39,976 bases of DNA from Octopus bimaculoides (lineage: Eukaryota): contig NC_068987.1 in assembly GCF_001194135.2 (NCBI RefSeq), positions 36,735,117 to 36,775,092 on the forward strand, given 5' to 3'. The notes under the pieces were generated by a model. It saw nothing but the letters and a program-made list of their open reading frames with translations, ran no database searches and was not told the DNA's origin. Shown piece by piece: positions 36,163 to 39,976 of this stretch; position 1 is the first letter of the stretch, and each line of letters starts with the position of its first letter. The position numbers and the translations under genes are program-made.

Positions 36163-38599
36163 ACTATTTCTCCCATAAAGATAGGATATCTTTAATGGAA
36201 AACTCTAAAGCCCGAAGAGTACATCTGATGTGTTATGTCGATTTTCTTATTGATGTGGGTGCAACAGCTTAGAATATTTTCGATATTTACGTGCAAAGTA
36301 TCTGATATTATTTGATGTCATGAGATATTCTCCGGAAATGAAATGATGAGGATGCTTAATCACTTTCTGTCTTCCAAAGTGGATGAGCTCCCTTTTCTCC
36401 TCGTTTAGTGGCATATTTTGTTTTTCCTACTTGAATTACAGTGCATAGATTAGATAGATGTCTTGTTTGGTCAATTATTCCAATGATAACTTATCAAACG
36501 TTTAGTCACTCCAGAGCGAAGAAAATTCACCACCACCCCAAAGAAAGTCAATTCCAATAATTTTGTATGTGTTTCATGGCATTTGTAATGTTGTTACTAA
36601 AAGTAGTGAAGAAAAGTAGGTCCTACACTTTACCAAGTGAAATACCAAAGATGTTGTTTTCTGTTTAACAAGAGTTATTTAATTCACAGCAGGTTTCTTT
36701 CCACTGACATCAATACTGGATGGTTTTTAAACGGAATAGTGTAGATGACATTTGCTGGCCTTCTAAGAAAATATTTAAAGTATCACCAAAATGATATAAA
36801 ATCAAGCTGTCTCTAGTATCACGAAAGACATACTGAGATTTAGGAGATTTTACTCTTCAGGAAACCAGTTATTCTTTTATCTCACCATCCACTCAAGTGC
36901 ATTAATAATATGAGACGTTAATGAGATCGGATGGTAATGTATAGCAAGCTACTGACATCTCATTTAGAATACTACAATGACAGACAGGGAAAATAAAGCT
37001 TCACGTATATATCTTGTGTCCGCTATTTCTTTCAGGGGTTAGCTACAGTGGATACAGGTTGATGTCGGAACCTCAAAGTTATCAGAACCCAATGATGAGA
37101 TGAATCTTATTACATTTATTGCCACCGTGATAACCTGAACACCTACCGCTATGACAGGTATGACACACTAGAGATTTATTTCATTTATACCACTTACATT
37201 TAACGATATTAGGATCATTTAACACGGATACAGTATTACTTATGCAGAATCTCACCCTTTTCTTTAGTTTCGGTGGGAGAATGTTATTTTCAGAGGATCA
37301 ATGGATGAGCGAAGGTGCCAATCGTTTTGACAAATGAACTGAACATTTTCGAATTGTGTTTATTTTTCTGGTGATCTCATTTCCTTTTGATTTGAACATT
37401 GTTGATGCTGTCGAAAAAGAGTTCTGCTGATGGCGGTATTTTAGCTATTTTTCCTTTAAATCTTTGTATTGTCCAAACGAGAGCGTTTCTCACTTGCTCT
37501 TAAAACATGTGCCTATATTTGCTCACGAAAGGTGAACTGGTTGAATGTATACAGTATCATCTGCCGAGACGTTTATATATCAAGGTGAATGAGAAAAACC
37601 AGCCTAAACAAGCGATTAGTATTGTATAATGTCTTCCCAGTACTGATCTATATTACTAAATGAGTGCACTGGTATGAATATTGTTCAGTAAATTTTCTGT
37701 AGCCTAGGCTCGAACTAACTACGCCTGGCGAGGAAAGTTCAGTCGACGGATTATCTATACCTTCTGAGAGAAGTTCGGTCGACGGAAACTTGATAAAAAC
37801 CCGACTGGTGAACTGTATCTCTAATTCAAAAGACATCACCTTGTCACACTCTATCTCACTCTGATTTTGCTGGAGGATTACATTCAGGACACTGATACAT
37901 TTATTCGGGAACAAATAATCCAGTTAATCCAACAACAAAACCCTCATCCTCGGACAACAGTGTTGGCAATCTTTTTATTTATCCATATTTATTTATATGT
38001 TTATTTATTTATTTATTTATTGTAAAAATTCACATATGGATAGAAAGATCCTGTGGAGAATGCACTGTTTTTATTAACTTTAATTTCTATCTTTTTACCA
38101 ATATTCATCGTGGTCCAAAATCCGACCATTTATAGATTTCTGGAATCTCATAATAACACGACTTTTCTATAGCACTAATCTCGCCATTATATTGCTTACA
38201 GTATCTTTAAAATATCCACATAAAATACAAAATTACAAGATAACATGAAATAAAATTACAAGACCCACTATTTCTAAATGTGTGTTGCTATTATATTAAT
38301 CATATACAGTACGAATATTCATGCGTTTAAATGGGTTTGCGAATATGCGACATGTTTTAAAGTATGTGCTTCGTAAACATGACATTACTTCAGCTTGCGA
38401 GAGGTTGGCTAAATAGAGATGTGTGACGATGGTGTATATTTGAGCGTGCATTTGTATATACGGTTACTTAATTGATTGTATCATAATAAAAAAAAGAGGT
38501 TGTTTTTATAATGTGCTAAATTTATAGACCGTGTGTAATCACCAGTACGTTTGTAGAAACCGATTTATTGATTAGATACAATTCTATATATAATCATAC

Positions 38600-38627
38600 T
38601 CATACACAGAAACACTCACACACACTA

Positions 38628-38675
<48 letters not shown>

Positions 38676-39062
38676 ACACAAACACACACACGAAAGAACA
38701 AATATGCGTGTATGCGTAATGAAATGTGCATATCATGATGAGCTATTAGCATAAAGGTATATGTAACTATCGAAAATTACTATCGAAAATGTATGTTGGT
38801 TTGAAATTGATAATACATTCAGAAATGTAATGTTAATATAAAGATACAAACATACATATATACATGCATAATTACATACATATACATTCGCACAAAGAGG
38901 CACATATACATATATGCATATATATACACATATATATGTATTTATGTGTGGGTGTGTATGTGTGTGTATATATGTGTGTGTATGTGGGTGTGTATGTGTG
39001 TGTGTATATCTGTGTGTATCTGTGTGTGTATGTGTGTGTGTAAGTGTGTGTGTGAGTCTGCG
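38600..39062. repeat. (CA)n (38600-38690) and (TG)n/(TA)n (38860-39062) microsatellites
   Basis: Visible runs. Confidence 0.9.
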
Positions 39063-39094
39063 CGCGTATATGAGTCTATATTTGAAATATATCT

Positions 39095-39976
39095 CCTGCT
39101 ATTTCGACTGAGCGGTTTGCGGAGTACCTCTGAAACATTAGACGCGGTAATGACACCCCGGTCTCATGCCATTTCCGCTATACTGGTCATTCTTACAACA
39201 CCTGTCTGTATTCGGATTGTCTTTACGCAGGGGATATCCGGACTCCCGCCTTCACCGTGAACAAGTATTAATCTTCTCTCTTCGCTTCTTTACGTTACAT
39301 GGACTCAACTCACCCTATTTATCTGACTCCCCTCATCTTTTCTCTTCATCTGACACCTACTTTCTCTCTTTACTCCTACCCACCTCTCCTCTTCTCTCTT
39401 GCCCTGACACCTACTTCCTCTCTTCATTCCTACCCACATCTCCCTTCATTGATACCCCCCATCTATCCCACTCCCACATACCTAACCCCTTCCCCGACAT
39501 CACCACCCCAAACTCACACCCACCCTTGCTTCTCCACACCCCAACACCGCCACACCACACACCACTACACTACATCACACCACCTTGCACACACTAGCAG
39601 TGACCACTTCCCAGCACCCACACATTACAGATGCACACACTTACACACGCACACATCCACACGTCAAAGTCACCAGCCCTATCCACATGCACACACACTC
39701 TCACATACACACACGCACGCGCACCTTCGTTTTGGGATCACCAATACTTTATTATCTCCCCTTCTTCCTAGCCTTCCTGTCTAGCTACCTTTGTCCAGCC
39801 AGTCGCCATGATTGACCGCTAACTCCAAAAGTTCTTTATTCTCCTTCTGTTTATTTCCTCGTGCTCCTCTTTTGAAGATCGTAGGCTCGAAACGTAAAAT
39901 ACTTTCTCACCTTCCTGAGCGTCAAACTAATACACCTGCTTGTTGTTTACACACCTGTTTTCGTCTTTTGTTTTTC
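39095..39976 (+). mobile_element. Penelope-like element 3' end: GIY-YIG endonuclease C-terminus, CT/CA-rich spacer, pLTR-like tail
   Basis: TERFAEYL*NIRRGNDTPVSCHFRYTGHS/QHLSVFGLSLRRGYPDSRLHREQVLIFSL...HGLN matches the PLE endonuclease end (RF.EH...V..HF...H..R...E...I..L...P.GLN). A hammerhead-like motif lies downstream. Confidence 0.8.
39866..39900 (+). ncRNA. Degenerate minimal hammerhead-like motif in the Penelope tail
   Basis: ttTTGAAGA-tcgtaggctc-GAAA-CGTA-aaa, with palindromic helix III ACGT and a GUA cleavage triplet. C3 and the helix II closing base are non-canonical. Confidence 0.4.

Noticed and set aside
39166-39815. Pro/His/Thr-rich ORFs
   Set aside because: Apart from the Penelope endonuclease end, these are translations of low-complexity CT/CA-rich sequence.

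Overview
This is eukaryotic, AT-rich, microsatellite-dense animal DNA with six N gaps. The SINE, maT, R4 and Penelope repeat complement points to a coleoid cephalopod, most likely Octopus; this is inferred from recalled repeat families, not a database search. No prokaryotic system or CRISPR array is present. The main content is a large multi-exon gene on the minus strand that the ORF track fragments or mis-starts. I reconstructed it by hand from splice sites: a 2,013-nt Cys-free Ser/Thr/Asp-rich mucin-like exon (32085-30073), a V-like Ig exon (16114-15791), a C2-like Ig exon (8324-8004), a chitin-binding type-2 (CBM14/peritrophin-A) exon (2854-2636) and a candidate terminal exon (1435-1353). 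All can be joined in frame through phase-1 junctions. The Ig-Ig-chitin-binding layout recalls the VCBP gut-immune proteins of amphioxus and Ciona, here with an added mucin stalk, and is the most interesting feature. The 5' end and signal peptide were not found. The introns hold decayed transposons: Tx1/L1, CR1 and R4/Dong LINEs, two mariners, two maT-type elements, a possible hAT relic, two SINE families and a Penelope 3' end. There is also a ~530-bp foldback whose arms each carry a degenerate hammerhead-ribozyme-like motif. Exon calls rest on manual translation and motif recognition and need RNA-seq and HMM confirmation.
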